Of a stretch of DNA of 64,000 bases, positions 11,901 through 26,900 are shown piece after piece. This stretch comes from the human T2T-CHM13v2.0 reference genome, Homo sapiens. Each line of letters starts with the position of its first letter. The first letter of the stretch is position 1. The position numbers and the translations under genes are program-made. The stretch is from the NCBI RefSeq assembly GCF_009914755.1, contig NC_060930.1. One strand, given 5' to 3'. The notes beneath the pieces were generated by a model. The model ran no database searches and had not been told where the DNA came from. It worked only from the letters and a program-made list of their open reading frames with translations.

Positions 11901-14900
11901 TTTTTGTAGAATTCCCAAGTGGATATTTAGAGCACTTTGAAGTCTCTGCTAGAAAAGGAAACATCTTCATGTAAAAAGTAGATAGAATCGTTCTCAGAAA
12001 GTGCTTAGTGACGTGTGTGTTCAACTCACAGAGTTTAACGTTTCTTTTGATAGAGCGTTTCTGAAACACCCTTCTTGTAGTAGCTGCAAGTGGATATTTG
12101 GACCTATTGGAGGCCTTCTTTGGAAACGGGATTTCTTCATGTAACTCTAGATTGAAGAATTCTCAGAAACTCCTTTGTGATGTGTGCATTCAATTCAAAG
12201 AGTGAAACCTCCCTTTTCACAGAGCAGTTTTGAAACACTGTTTTTGTAGGATTTCCAAGGGGATATTTATAGCGCATTGAGCCTACGGCGGAAAAAGAAA
12301 CATCTTCCTATAAAAACTAGACAGAATACTTCTCAGAATCTGCTTTGCGATGTGTGCGTTCAACTCACAGAGTAAAACTTTTCTTTTGATAGAGCAGTTT
12401 TGAAACACTCTTTTTGTAGTATTTGCATGTGTATATTTAGAGCGCATTGAAGCCCACAGTAGAAAAGGAAATAACTTCACCTAAAACCTAGACAGAAGCA
12501 ATCTCAGAAACTACTTTGTGATGTGTACATTCAACTCACAGAGTGGAACTTTCCTCTTTATAGAGCAGTGTTGAAACACTCTTTTTGTAGAAACTGCAAG
12601 TGGATATTTGGACCTCTTTGAGGCCTTCGTTGGAAACGGGATTTCTTCCTATAACCCTAGACAGAAGAATTTTCAGAAACCTCATTGTGATGTGTGCGTT
12701 CATCTCACAGAGTGGAGTCTTCCGTTTGATAGAGAAGTTTTGAAACCCTGTTCTTGTAGGATTTCCAAGTGGATATTTAGACCACTTTGAAGCCTATGAT
12801 AGAAAAGGAAACATCTTCATGGAAAACATAGATAGAATCATCCTCAGAAACAACTTTGTGATGTGTGCGTTGAACTCACCGTCTTTAACCTTTCTTTTGG
12901 TAGAGAAGTTTTGAAACACTCTCTTTGTAAAGTCTACAAGTGGATATTTTGAGCCCTTGGAGGCATTCTTTGGAAAAGGGAATGTCTTCCCATAAAAGGC
13001 AGACGGAAGTGTTCTCAGAAACTGCTTTGTGATGTCTGTGTTCAACTCACAGAGTTTAACATTTCCTTTGATAGAGCGGTTTAGTAACCCTCTCTTTGTA
13101 GAATTTGGAAGTGTATACTAAGAGCGCTTTGAGGCCTATGGTAGAAAAGGAAATATCTTTCCATAAAAGCTAGACAGAAGCAATCTCAGAAACTCCTCTG
13201 TGATGTCTGCATTCAACTCACCGAGTGGAACATTCCTCTTGAGAGAGCAGTTTGGAAACACTCTTTCTGTAGAATCAGCTTGTTTGTATTTGGACCTCCT
13301 TGAGGCCTTCGTTGGAAACGGGTTTTCATCTTATAAACCCAGACAGAAGAATTCTCAGAGTCTTCTTTGTGATGTGTGCTTTCAACTCACCGAGATAAAG
13401 ATTTCTCTTGATAGAGCAATTTGGAAACACTCTTTTTGTAGAATTTGCAAGGGTACATTGAGAGCGCTTTCAGGCCTATGGTAGAAAAGGGAATATCTTT
13501 CCATAAAAGGTAGACAGAAGCAATCTCAGAAACTACTTTGTGATGTGTGCATTCAACTCACCGAGTGCAACGTTCCTCTTGACCGAGCAGTTTGGAAACA
13601 TTGTTTCTGTAGAATCTGCAAGTGGATATTTGGACCTCTTTGAGGCCTTCGTTGGAAACGGGATTTCTTCCTGTAACCCCAGACAGAAGAATTCTCAGAG
13701 ACTTCTTTGTGATGTGTGAATTCAACTCACAGTGTGGATCCTTCCTTTTGATAGAGCAGTTTTGAAACCCTGTTTTTGTAGTATTTCCAAGCGGATATTT
13801 GGAACGCCTTGAAGCGTATGGTAGAAAAGGAAATATCTTCCCATAAAACCTAGACAGAACCAATCTCAGAAACGACTTTGTGATGTCTGCATTCAAGTCA
13901 CAGAGTTGAACATTTCTCTTGATAGAGCAGTTTTGAAACCCTCTTTCTGAAGGATCTGCAAGTGGATATTTGGAACTCCTTTGGGTCTTCGTTGGAAACG
14001 GGATTTCTTCGTATAAATCTAGACAGAAGAATTCTCCGAAACTTCTTTGGTTGTGTGCATTCAAGTCACAGAGTGGAACCTTCCTTTGGATAGAGCAGTT
14101 TGAAACGCCGTGGTTGTAGTATTTCCAAGCGGATATTAGAGCGCCTTGAGGCCTATGGTAGAAAAGGAAATATCTTCCCATAAAACCTAGACGGAAGCAA
14201 TCTCAGAAACTACTGTGTGATGGCTGCATTCCACACACACGGTGGAACATTTCTCTTGATAGAGCAGTTTTGAAACACTCTTTCTGTAGAATCTGCAAGT
14301 GGATAATTGGACCGCCTTGAGGCCTTCGTTGGAAACGGGATTTCTTCATGTTACTCTAGATAGAAGAATTCTCAAACACTGCTATGTGATGTTTGCATTC
14401 AAGTCACAGAGTGCAACATTCCTCTTGGTAGAGCAGTTGGGAAACACTCCTTTTGTAGAATCTGCAATGGGATATTTGGACTTCTTTGAGGCCTTCGTTG
14501 GAAACGGGATTTCTTCGTATGAATCTAGACAGAAGAATTCTCAGAAACTTCCTTGTGATGTGTGCATTCAACTCAGCGAGTGGCACCTTCCTTTGGATAC
14601 AGCAGTTTTGAAACACTGTTTTTGTAGTATTTCCAAGCGGATATTTAGAGCGCCTTGAAGCCTATGCTAGAAATGGAAATATCTCCCCATAAAACCAAGA
14701 CAGAAGCAATCTCAGAAACTAATGTGTGATGGCTGCATTCCACACACACGGTGGACCATTTCTCTTGATAGAGCAGTTTTGAAACACTCTTTCTGTAGAA
14801 TCTGCAAGTGGATAATTGGACCTCCTAGAGGCCTTCGTTGGAAACGGGATTTCTTCATCTAAACCTACAGAGAAGAATTCTCAGTAACTTCTTCGGATGT

Positions 14901-17900
14901 GTGCATTCGACTCACAGAATGGAACATTCCCTTTGATAGAGCAGTTTTGAGACACCGTTTTTGTAGAATTCCCAAGTGGATATTTAGAGCACTTTGAAGT
15001 CTCTGCTAGAAAAGGAAACATCTTCATGTAAAAAGTAGATAGAATCGTTCTCAGAAAGTGCTTAGTGACGTGTGTGTTCAACTCACAGAGTTTAACGTTT
15101 CTTTTGATAGAGCGTTTCTGAAACACCCTTCTTGTAGTAGCTGCAAGTGGATATTTGGACCTATTGGAGGCCTTCTTTGGAAACGGGATTTCTTCATGTA
15201 ACTCTAGATTGAAGAATTCTCAGAAACTCCTTTGTGATGTGTGCATTCAATTCAAAGAGTGAAACCTCCCTTTTCACAGAGCAGTTTTGAAACACTGTTT
15301 TTGTAGGATTTCCAAGGGGATATTTATAGCGCATTGAGCCTACGGCGGAAAAAGAAACATCTTCCTATAAAAACTAGACAGAATACTTCTCAGAATCTGC
15401 TTTGCGATGTGTGCGTTCAACTCACAGAGTAAAACTTTTCTTTTGATAGAGCAGTTTTGAAACACTCTTTTTGTAGTATTTGCATGTGTATATTTAGAGC
15501 GCATTGAAGCCCACAGTAGAAAAGGAAATAACTTCACCTAAAACCTAGACAGAAGCAATCTCAGAAACTACTTTGTGATGTGTACATTCAACTCACAGAG
15601 TGGAACTTTCCTCTTTATAGAGCAGTGTTGAAACACTCTTTTTGTAGAAACTGCAAGTGGATATTTGGACCTCTTTGAGGCCTTCGTTGGAAACGGGATT
15701 TCTTCCTATAACCCTAGACAGAAGAATTTTCAGAAACCTCATTGTGATGTGTGCGTTCATCTCACAGAGTGGAGTCTTCCGTTTGATAGAGAAGTTTTGA
15801 AACCCTGTTCTTGTAGGATTTCCAAGTGGATATTTAGACCACTTTGAAGCCTATGATAGAAAAGGAAACATCTTCATGGAAAACATAGATAGAATCATCC
15901 TCAGAAACAACTTTGTGATGTGTGCGTTGAACTCACCGTCTTTAACCTTTCTTTTGGTAGAGAAGTTTTGAAACACTCTCTTTGTAAAGTCTACAAGTGG
16001 ATATTTTGAGCCCTTGGAGGCATTCTTTGGAAAAGGGAATGTCTTCACATAAAAGGCAGACGGAAGTGTTCTCAGAAACTGCTTTGTGATGTCTGTGTTC
16101 AACTCACAGAGTTTAACATTTCCTTTGATAGAGCGGTTTAGTAACCCTCTCTTTGTAGAATTTGGAAGTGTATACTAAGAGCGCTTTGAGGCCTATGGTA
16201 GAAAAGGAAATATCTTTCCATAAAAGCTAGACAGAAGCAATCTCAGAAACTCCTCTGCGATGTCTGCATTCAACTCACCGAGTGGAACATTCCTCTTGAG
16301 AGAGCAGTTTGGAAACACTCTTTCTGTAGAATCAGCTTGTTTGTATTTGGACCTCCTTGAGGCCTTCGTTGGAAACGGGTTTTCATCTTATAAACCCAGA
16401 CAGAAGAATTCTCAGAGTCTTCTTTGTGATGTGTGCTTTCAACTCACCGAGATAAAGATTTCTCTTGATAGAGCAATTTGGAAACACTCTTTTTGTAGAA
16501 TTTGCAAGGGTACATTGAGAGCGCTTTCAGGCCTATGGTAGAAAAGGGAATATCTTTCCATAAAAGGTAGACAGAAGCAATCTCAGAAACTACTTTGTGA
16601 TGTGTGCATTCAACTCACCGAGTGCAACGTTCCTCTTGACCGAGCAGTTTGGAAACATTGTTTCTGTAGAATCTGCAAGTGGATATTTGGACCTCTTTGA
16701 GGCCTTCGTTGGAAACGGGATTTCTTCCTATAACCCCAGACAGAAGAATTCTCAGAGACTTCTTTGTGATGTGTGAATTCAACTCACAGTGTGGATCCTT
16801 CCTTTTGATAGAGCAGTTTTGAAACCCTGTTTTTGTAGTATTTCCAAGCGGATATTTGGAACGCCTTGAAGCGTATGGTAGAAAAGGAAATATCTTCCCA
16901 TAAAACCTAGACAGAACCAATCTCAGAAACGACTTTGTGATGTCTGCATTCAAGTCACAGAGTTGAACATTTCTCTTGATAGAGCAGTTTTGAAACCCTC
17001 TTTCTGAAGGATCTGCAAGTGGATATTTGGAACTCCTTTGGGTCTTCGTTGGAAACGGGATTTCTTCGTATAAATCTAGACAGAAGAATTCTCCGAAACT
17101 TCTTTGGTTGTGTGCATTCAAGTCACAGAGTGGAACCTTCCTTTGGATAGAGCAGTTTGAAACGCCGTGGTTGTAGTATTTCCAAGCGGATATTAGAGCG
17201 CCTTGAGGCCTATGGTAGAAAAGGAAATATCTTCCCATAAAACCTAGACGGAAGCAATCTCAGAAACTACTGTGTGATGGCTGCATTCCACACACACGGT
17301 GGAACATTTCTCTTGATAGAGCAGTTTTGAAACACTCTTTCTGTAGAATCTGCAAGTGGATAATTGGACCGCCTTGAGGCCTTCGTTGGAAACGGGATTT
17401 CTTCATGTTACTCTAGATAGAAGAATTCTCAAACACTGCTATGTGATGTTTGCATTCAAGTCACAGAGTGCAACATTCCTCTTGGTAGAGCAGTTGGGAA
17501 ACACTCCTTTTGTAGAATCTGCAATGGGATATTTGGACTTCTTTGAGGCCTTCGTTGGAAACGGGATTTCTTCGTATGAATCTAGACAGAAGAATTCTCA
17601 GAAACTTCCTTGTGATGTGTGCATTCAACTCAGCGAGTGGCACCTTCCTTTGGATACAGCAGTTTTGAAACACTGTTTTTGTAGTATTTCCAAGCGGATA
17701 TTTAGAGCGCCTTGAAGCCTATGCTAGAAATGGAAATATCTCCCCATAAAACCAAGACAGAAGCAATCTCAGAAACTAATGTGTGATGGCTGCATTCCAC
17801 ACACACGGTGGACCATTTCTCTTGATAGAGCAGTTTTGAAACACTCTTTCTGTAGAATCTGCAAGTGGATAATTGGACCTCCTAGAGGCCTTCGTTGGAA

Positions 17901-20900
17901 ACGGGATTTCTTCATCTAAACCTACAGAGAAGAATTCTCAGTAACTTCTTCGGATGTGTGCATTCGACGCACAGAATGGAACATTCCCTTTGATAGAGCA
18001 GTTTTGAGACACCGTTTTTGTAGAATTCCCAAGTGGATATTTAGAGCACTTTGAAGTCTCTGCTAGAAAAGGAAACATCTTCATGTAAAAAGTAGATAGA
18101 ATCGTTCTCAGAAAGTGCTTAGTGACGTGTGCGTTCAACTCACAGAGTTTAACGTTTCTTTTGATAGAGCGTTTCTGAAACACCCTTCTTGTAGTAGCTG
18201 CAAGTGGATATTTGGACCTATTGGAGGCCTTCTTTGGAAACGGGATTTCTTCATGTAACTCTAGATTGAAGAATTCTCAGAAACTCCTTTGTGATGTGTG
18301 CATTCAATTCAAAGAGTGAAACCTCCCTTTTCACAGAGCAGTTTTGAAACACTGTTTTTGTAGGATTTCCAAGGGGATATTTATAGCGCATTGAGCCTAC
18401 GGCGGAAAAAGAAACATCTTCCTATAAAAACTAGACAGAATACTTCTCAGAATCTGCTTTGCGATGTGTGCGTTCAACTCACAGAGTAAAACTTTTCTTT
18501 TGATAGAGCAGTTTTGAAACACTCTTTTTGTAGTATTTGCATGTGTATATTTAGAGCGCATTGAAGCCCACAGTAGAAAAGGAAATAACTTCACCTAAAA
18601 CCTAGACAGAAGCAATCTCAGAAACTACTTTGTGATGTGTACATTCAACTCACAGAGTGGAACTTTCCTCTTTATAGAGCAGTGTTGAAACACTCTTTTT
18701 GTAGAAACTGCAAGTGGATATTTGGACCTCTTTGAGGCCTTCGTTGGAAACGGGATTTCTTCCTATAACCCTAGACAGAAGAATTTTCAGAAACCTCATT
18801 GTGATGTGTGCGTTCATCTCACAGAGTGGAGTCTTCCGTTTGATAGAGAAGTTTTGAAACCCTGTTCTTGTAGGATTTCCAAGTGGATATTTAGACCACT
18901 TTGAAGCCTATGATAGAAAAGGAAACATCTTCATGGAAAACATAGATAGAATCATCCTCAGAAACAACTTTGTGATGTGTGCGTTGAACTCACCGTCTTT
19001 AACCTTTCTTTTGGTAGAGAAGTTTTGAAACACTCTCTTTGTAAAGTCTACAAGTGGATATTTTGAGCCCTTGGAGGCATTCTTTGGAAAAGGGAATGTC
19101 TTCACATAAAAGGCAGACGGAAGTGTTCTCAGAAACTGCTTTGTGATGTCTGTGTTCAACTCACAGAGTTTAACATTTCCTTTGATAGAGCGGTTTAGTA
19201 ACCCTCTCTTTGTAGAATTTGGAAGTGTATACTAAGAGCGCTTTGAGGCCTATGGTAGAAAAGGAAATATCTTTCCATAAAAGCTAGACAGAAGCAATCT
19301 CAGAAACTCCTCTGTGATGTCTGCATTCAACTCACCGAGTGGAACATTCCTCTTGAGAGAGCAGTTTGGAAACACTCTTTCTGTAGAATCAGCTTGTTTG
19401 TATTTGGACCTCCTTGAGGCCTTCGTTGGAAACGGGTTTTCATCTTATAAACCCAGACAGAAGAATTCTCAGAGTCTTCTTTGTGATGTGTGCTTTCAAC
19501 TCACCGAGATAAAGATTTCTCTTGATAGAGCAATTTGGAAACACTCTTTTTGTAGAATTTGCAAGGGTACATTGAGAGCGCTTTCAGGCCTATGGTAGAA
19601 AAGGGAATATCTTTCCATAAAAGGTAGACAGAAGCAATCTCAGAAACTACTTTGTGATGTGTGCATTCAACTCACCGAGTGCAACGTTCCTCTTGACCGA
19701 GCAGTTTGGAAACATTGTTTCTGTAGAATCTGCAAGTGGATATTTGGACCTCTTTGAGGCCTTCGTTGGAAACGGGATTTCTTCCTATAACCCCAGACAG
19801 AAGAATTCTCAGAGACTTCTTTGTGATGTGTGAATTCAACTCACAGTGTGGATCCTTCCTTTTGATAGAGCAGTTTTGAAACCCTGTTTTTGTAGTATTT
19901 CCAAGCGGATATTTGGAACGCCTTGAAGCGTATGGTAGAAAAGGAAATATCTTCCCATAAAACCTAGACAGAACCAATCTCAGAAACGACTTTGTGATGT
20001 CTGCATTCAAGTCACAGAGTTGAACATTTCTCTTGATAGAGCAGTTTTGAAACCCTCTTTCTGAAGGATCTGCAAGTGGATATTTGGAACTCCTTTGGGT
20101 CTTCGTTGGAAACGGGATTTCTTCGTATAAATCTAGACAGAAGAATTCTCCGAAACTTCTTTGGTTGTGTGCATTCAAGTCACAGAGTGGAACCTTCCTT
20201 TGGATAGAGCAGTTTGAAACGCCGTGGTTGTAGTATTTCCAAGCGGATATTAGAGCGCCTTGAGGCCTATGGTAGAAAAGGAAATATCTTCCCATAAAAC
20301 CTAGACGGAAGCAATCTCAGAAACTACTGTGTGATGGCTGCATTCCACACACACGGTGGAACATTTCTCTTGATAGAGCAGTTTTGAAACACTCTTTCTG
20401 TAGAATCTGCAAGTGGATAATTGGACCGCCTTGAGGCCTTCGTTGGAAACGGGATTTCTTCATGTTACTCTAGATAGAAGAATTCTCAAACACTGCTATG
20501 TGATGTTTGCATTCAAGTCACAGAGTGCAACATTCCTCTTGGTAGAGCAGTTGGGAAACACTCCTTTTGTAGAATCTGCAATGGGATATTTGGACTTCTT
20601 TGAGGCCTTCGTTGGAAACGGGATTTCTTCGTATGAATCTAGACAGAAGAATTCTCAGAAACTTCCTTGTGATGTGTGCATTCAACTCAGCGAGTGGCAC
20701 CTTCCTTTGGATACAGCAGTTTTGAAACACTGTTTTTGTAGTATTTCCAAGCGGATATTTAGAGCGCCTTGAAGCCTATGCTAGAAATGGAAATATCTCC
20801 CCATAAAACCAAGACAGAAGCAATCTCAGAAACTAATGTGTGATGGCTGCATTCCACACACACGGTGGACCATTTCTCTTGATAGAGCAGTTTTGAAACA

Positions 20901-23900
20901 CTCTTTCTGTAGAATCTGCAAGTGGATAATTGGACCTCCTAGAGGCCTTCGTTGGAAACGGGATTTCTTCATCTAAACCTACAGAGAAGAATTCTCAGTA
21001 ACTTCTTCGGATGTGTGCATTCGACGCACAGAATGGAACATTCCCTTTGATAGAGCAGTTTTGAGACACCGTTTTTGTAGAATTCCCAAGTGGATATTTA
21101 GAGCACTTTGAAGTCTCTGCTAGAAAAGGAAACATCTTCATGTAAAAAGTAGATAGAATCGTTCTCAGAAAGTGCTTAGTGACGTGTGCGTTCAACTCAC
21201 AGAGTTTAACGTTTCTTTTGATAGAGCGTTTCTGAAACACCCTTCTTGTAGTAGCTGCAAGTGGATATTTGGACCTATTGGAGGCCTTCTTTGGAAACGG
21301 GATTTCTTCATGTAACTCTAGATTGAAGAATTCTCAGAAACTCCTTTGTGATGTGTGCATTCAATTCAAAGAGTGAAACCTCCCTTTTCACAGAGCAGTT
21401 TTGAAACACTGTTTTTGTAGGATTTCCAAGGGGATATTTATAGCGCATTGAGCCTACGGCGGAAAAAGAAACATCTTCCTATAAAAACTAGACAGAATAC
21501 TTCTCAGAATCTGCTTTGCGATGTGTGCGTTCAACTCACAGAGTAAAACTTTTCTTTTGATAGAGCAGTTTTGAAACACTCTTTTTGTAGTATTTGCATG
21601 TGTATATTTAGAGCGCATTGAAGCCCACAGTAGAAAAGGAAATAACTTCACCTAAAACCTAGACAGAAGCAATCTCAGAAACTACTTTGTGATGTGTACA
21701 TTCAACTCACAGAGTGGAACTTTCCTCTTTATAGAGCAGTGTTGAAACACTCTTTTTGTAGAAACTGCAAGTGGATATTTGGACCTCTTTGAGGCCTTCG
21801 TTGGAAACGGGATTTCTTCCTATAACCCTAGACAGAAGAATTTTCAGAAACCTCATTGTGATGTGTGCGTTCATCTCACAGAGTGGAGTCTTCCGTTTGA
21901 TAGAGAAGTTTTGAAACCCTGTTCTTGTAGGATTTCCAAGTGGATATTTAGACCACTTTGAAGCCTATGATAGAAAAGGAAACATCTTCATGGAAAACAT
22001 AGATAGAATCATCCTCAGAAACAACTTTGTGATGTGTGCGTTGAACTCACCGTCTTTAACCTTTCTTTTGGTAGAGAAGTTTTGAAACACTCTCTTTGTA
22101 AAGTCTACAAGTGGATATTTTGAGCCCTTGGAGGCATTCTTTGGAAAAGGGAATGTCTTCACATAAAAGGCAGACGGAAGTGTTCTCAGAAACTGCTTTG
22201 TGATGTCTGTGTTCAACTCACAGAGTTTAACATTTCCTTTGATAGAGCGGTTTAGTAACCCTCTCTTTGTAGAATTTGGAAGTGTATACTAAGAGCGCTT
22301 TGAGGCCTATGGTAGAAAAGGAAATATCTTTCCATAAAAGCTAGACAGAAGCAATCTCAGAAACTCCTCTGCGATGTCTGCATTCAACTCACCGAGTGGA
22401 ACATTCCTCTTGAGAGAGCAGTTTGGAAACACTCTTTCTGTAGAATCAGCTTGTTTGTATTTGGACCTCCTTGAGGCCTTCGTTGGAAACGGGTTTTCAT
22501 CTTATAAACCCAGACAGAAGAATTCTCAGAGTCTTCTTTGTGATGTGTGCTTTCAACTCACCGAGATAAAGATTTCTCTTGATAGAGCAATTTGGAAACA
22601 CTCTTTTTGTAGAATTTGCAAGGGTACATTGAGAGCGCTTTGAGGCCTATGGTAGAAAAGGGAATATCTTTCCATAAAAGGTAGACAGAAGCAATCTCAG
22701 AAACTACTTTGTGATGTGTGCATTCAACTCACCGAGTGCAACGTTCCTCTTGACCGAGCAGTTTGGAAACATTGTTTCTGTAGAATCTGCAAGTGGATAT
22801 TTGGACCTCTTTGAGGCCTTCGTTGGAAACGGGATTTCTTCCTATAAACCCAGACAGAAGAATTCTCAGAGACTTCTTTGTGATGTGTGAATTCAACTCA
22901 CAGTGTGGATCCTTCCTTTTGATAGAGCAGTTTTGAAACCCTGTTTTTGTAGTATTTCCAAGCGGATATTTGGAACGCCTTGAAGCGTATGGTAGAAAAG
23001 GAAATATCTTCCCATAAAACCTAGACAGAACCAATCTCAGAAACGACTTTGTGATGTCTGCATTCAAGTCACAGAGTTGAACATTTCTCTTGATAGAGCA
23101 GTTTTGAAACCCTCTTTCTGAAGGATCTGCAAGTGGATATTTGGAACTCCTTTGGGTCTTCGTTGGAAACGGGATTTCTTCGTATAAATCTAGACAGAAG
23201 AATTCTCCGAAACTTCTTTGGTTGTGTGCATTCAAGTCACAGAGTGGAACCTTCCTTTGGATAGAGCAGTTTGAAACGCCGTGGTTGTAGTATTTCCAAG
23301 CGGATATTAGAGCGCCTTGAGGCCTATGGTAGAAAAGGAAATATCTTCCCATAAAACCTAGACGGAAGCAATCTCAGAAACTACTGTGTGATGGCTGCAT
23401 TCCACACACACGGTGGAACATTTCTCTTGATAGAGCAGTTTTGAAACACTCTTTCTGTAGAATCTGCAAGTGGATAATTGGACCGCCTTGAGGCCTTCGT
23501 TGGAAACGGGATTTCTTCATGTTACTCTAGATAGAAGAATTCTCAAACACTGCTATGTGATGTTTGCATTCAAGTCACAGAGTGCAACATTCCTCTTGGT
23601 AGAGCAGTTGGGAAACACTCCTTTTGTAGAATCTGCAATGGGATATTTGGACTTCTTTGAGGCCTTCGTTGGAAACGGGATTTCTTCGTATGAATCTAGA
23701 CAGAAGAATTCTCAGAAACTTCCTTGTGATGTGTGCATTCAACTCAGCGAGTGGCACCTTCCTTTGGATACAGCAGTTTTGAAACACTGTTTTTGTAGTA
23801 TTTCCAAGCGGATATTTAGAGCGCCTTGAAGCCTATGCTAGAAATGGAAATATCTCCCCATAAAACCAAGACAGAAGCAATCTCAGAAACTAATGTGTGA

Positions 23901-26900
23901 TGGCTGCATTCCACACACACAGTGGACCATTTCTCTTGATAGAGCAGTTTTGAAACACTCTTTCTGTAGAATCTGCAAGTGGATAATTGGACCTCCTAGA
24001 GGCCTTCGTTGGAAACGGGATTTCTTCATCTAAACCTACAGAGAAGAATTCTCAGTAACTTCTTCGGATGTGTGCATTCGACTCACAGAATGGAACATTC
24101 CCTTTGATAGAGCAGTTTTGAGACACCGTTTTTGTAGAATTCCCAAGTGGATATTTAGAGCACTTTGAAGTCTCTGCTAGAAAAGGAAACATCTTCATGT
24201 AAAAAGTAGATAGAATCGTTCTCAGAAAGTGCTTAGTGACGTGTGCGTTCAACTCACAGAGTTTAACGTTTCTTTTGATAGAGCGTTTCTGAAACACCCT
24301 TCTTGTAGTAGCTGCAAGTGGATATTTGGACCTATTGGAGGCCTTCTTTGGAAACGGGATTTCTTCATGTAACTCTAGATTGAAGAATTCTCAGAAACTC
24401 CTTTGTGATGTGTGCATTCAATTCAAAGAGTGAAACCTCCCTTTTCACAGAGCAGTTTTGAAACACTGTTTTTGTAGGATTTCCAAGGGGATATTTATAG
24501 CGCATTGAGCCTACGGCGGAAAAAGAAACATCTTCCTATAAAAACTAGACAGAATACTTCTCAGAATCTGCTTTGCGATGTGTGCGTTCAACTCACAGAG
24601 TAAAACTTTTCTTTTGATAGAGCAGTTTTGAAACACTCTTTTTGTAGTATTTGCATGTGTATATTTAGAGCGCATTGAAGCCCACAGTAGAAAAGGAAAT
24701 AACTTCACCTAAAACCTAGACAGAAGCAATCTCAGAAACTACTTTGTGATGTGTACATTCAACTCACAGAGTGGAACTTTCCTCTTTATAGAGCAGTGTT
24801 GAAACACTCTTTTTGTAGAAACTGCAAGTGGATATTTGGACCTCTTTGAGGCCTTCGTTGGAAACGGGATTTCTTCCTATAACCCTAGACAGAAGAATTT
24901 TCAGAAACCTCATTGTGATGTGTGCGTTCATCTCACAGAGTGGAGTCTTCCGTTTGATAGAGAAGTTTTGAAACCCTGTTCTTGTAGGATTTCCAAGTGG
25001 ATATTTAGACCACTTTGAAGCCTATGATAGAAAAGGAAACATCTTCATGGAAAACATAGATAGAATCATCCTCAGAAACAACTTTGTGATGTGTGCGTTG
25101 AACTCACCGTCTTTAACCTTTCTTTTGGTAGAGAAGTTTTGAAACACTCTCTTTGTAAAGTCTACAAGTGGATATTTTGAGCCCTTGGAGGCATTCTTTG
25201 GAAAAGGGAATGTCTTCACATAAAAGGCAGACGGAAGTGTTCTCAGAAACTGCTTTGTGATGTCTGTGTTCAACTCACAGAGTTTAACATTTCCTTTGAT
25301 AGAGCGGTTTAGTAACCCTCTCTTTGTAGAATTTGGAAGTGTATACTAAGAGCGCTTTGAGGCCTATGGTAGAAAAGGAAATATCTTTCCATAAAAGCTA
25401 GACAGAAGCAATCTCAGAAACTCCTCTGCGATGTCTGCATTCAACTCACCGAGTGGAACATTCCTCTTGAGAGAGCAGTTTGGAAACACTCTTTCTGTAG
25501 AATCAGCTTGTTTGTATTTGGACCTCCTTGAGGCCTTCGTTGGAAACGGGTTTTCATCTTATAAACCCAGACAGAAGAATTCTCAGAGTCTTCTTTGTGA
25601 TGTGTGCTTTCAACTCACCGAGATAAAGATTTCTCTTGATAGAGCAATTTGGAAACACTCTTTTTGTAGAATTTGCAAGGGTACATTGAGAGCGCTTTCA
25701 GGCCTATGGTAGAAAAGGGAATATCTTTCCATAAAAGGTAGACAGAAGCAATCTCAGAAACTACTTTGTGATGTGTGCATTCAACTCACCGAGTGCAACG
25801 TTCCTCTTGACCGAGCAGTTTGGAAACATTGTTTCTGTAGAATCTGCAAGTGGATATTTGGACCTCTTTGAGGCCTTCGTTGGAAACGGGATTTCTTCCT
25901 ATAAACCCAGACAGAAGAATTCTCAGAGACTTCTTTGTGATGTGTGAATTCAACTCACAGTGTGGATCCTTCCTTTTGATAGAGCAGTTTTGAAACCCTG
26001 TTTTTGTAGTATTTCCAAGCGGATATTTGGAACGCCTTGAAGCGTATGGTAGAAAAGGAAATATCTTCCCATAAAACCTAGACAGAACCAATCTCAGAAA
26101 CGACTTTGTGATGTCTGCATTCAAGTCACAGAGTTGAACATTTCTCTTGATAGAGCAGTTTTGAAACCCTCTTTCTGAAGGATCTGCAAGTGGATATTTG
26201 GAACTCCTTTGGGTCTTCGTTGGAAACGGGATTTCTTCGTATAAATCTAGACAGAAGAATTCTCCGAAACTTCTTTGGTTGTGTGCATTCAAGTCACAGA
26301 GTGGAACCTTCCTTTGGATAGAGCAGTTTGAAACGCCGTGGTTGTAGTATTTCCAAGCGGATATTAGAGCGCCTTGAGGCCTATGGTAGAAAAGGAAATA
26401 TCTTCCCATAAAACCTAGACGGAAGCAATCTCAGAAACTACTGTGTGATGGCTGCATTCCACACACACGGTGGAACATTTCTCTTGATAGAGCAGTTTTG
26501 AAACACTCTTTCTGTAGAATCTGCAAGTGGATAATTGGACCGCCTTGAGGCCTTCGTTGGAAACGGGATTTCTTCATGTTACTCTAGATAGAAGAATTCT
26601 CAAACACTGCTATGTGATGTTTGCATTCAAGTCACAGAGTGCAACATTCCTCTTGGTAGAGCAGTTGGGAAACACTCCTTTTGTAGAATCTGCAATGGGA
26701 TATTTGGACTTCTTTGAGGCCTTCGTTGGAAACGGGATTTCTTCGTATGAATCTAGACAGAAGAATTCTCAGAAACTTCCTTGTGATGTGTGCATTCAAC
26801 TCAGCGAGTGGCACCTTCCTTTGGATACAGCAGTTTTGAAACACTGTTTTTGTAGTATTTCCAAGCGGATATTTAGAGCGCCTTGAAGCCTATGCTAGAA

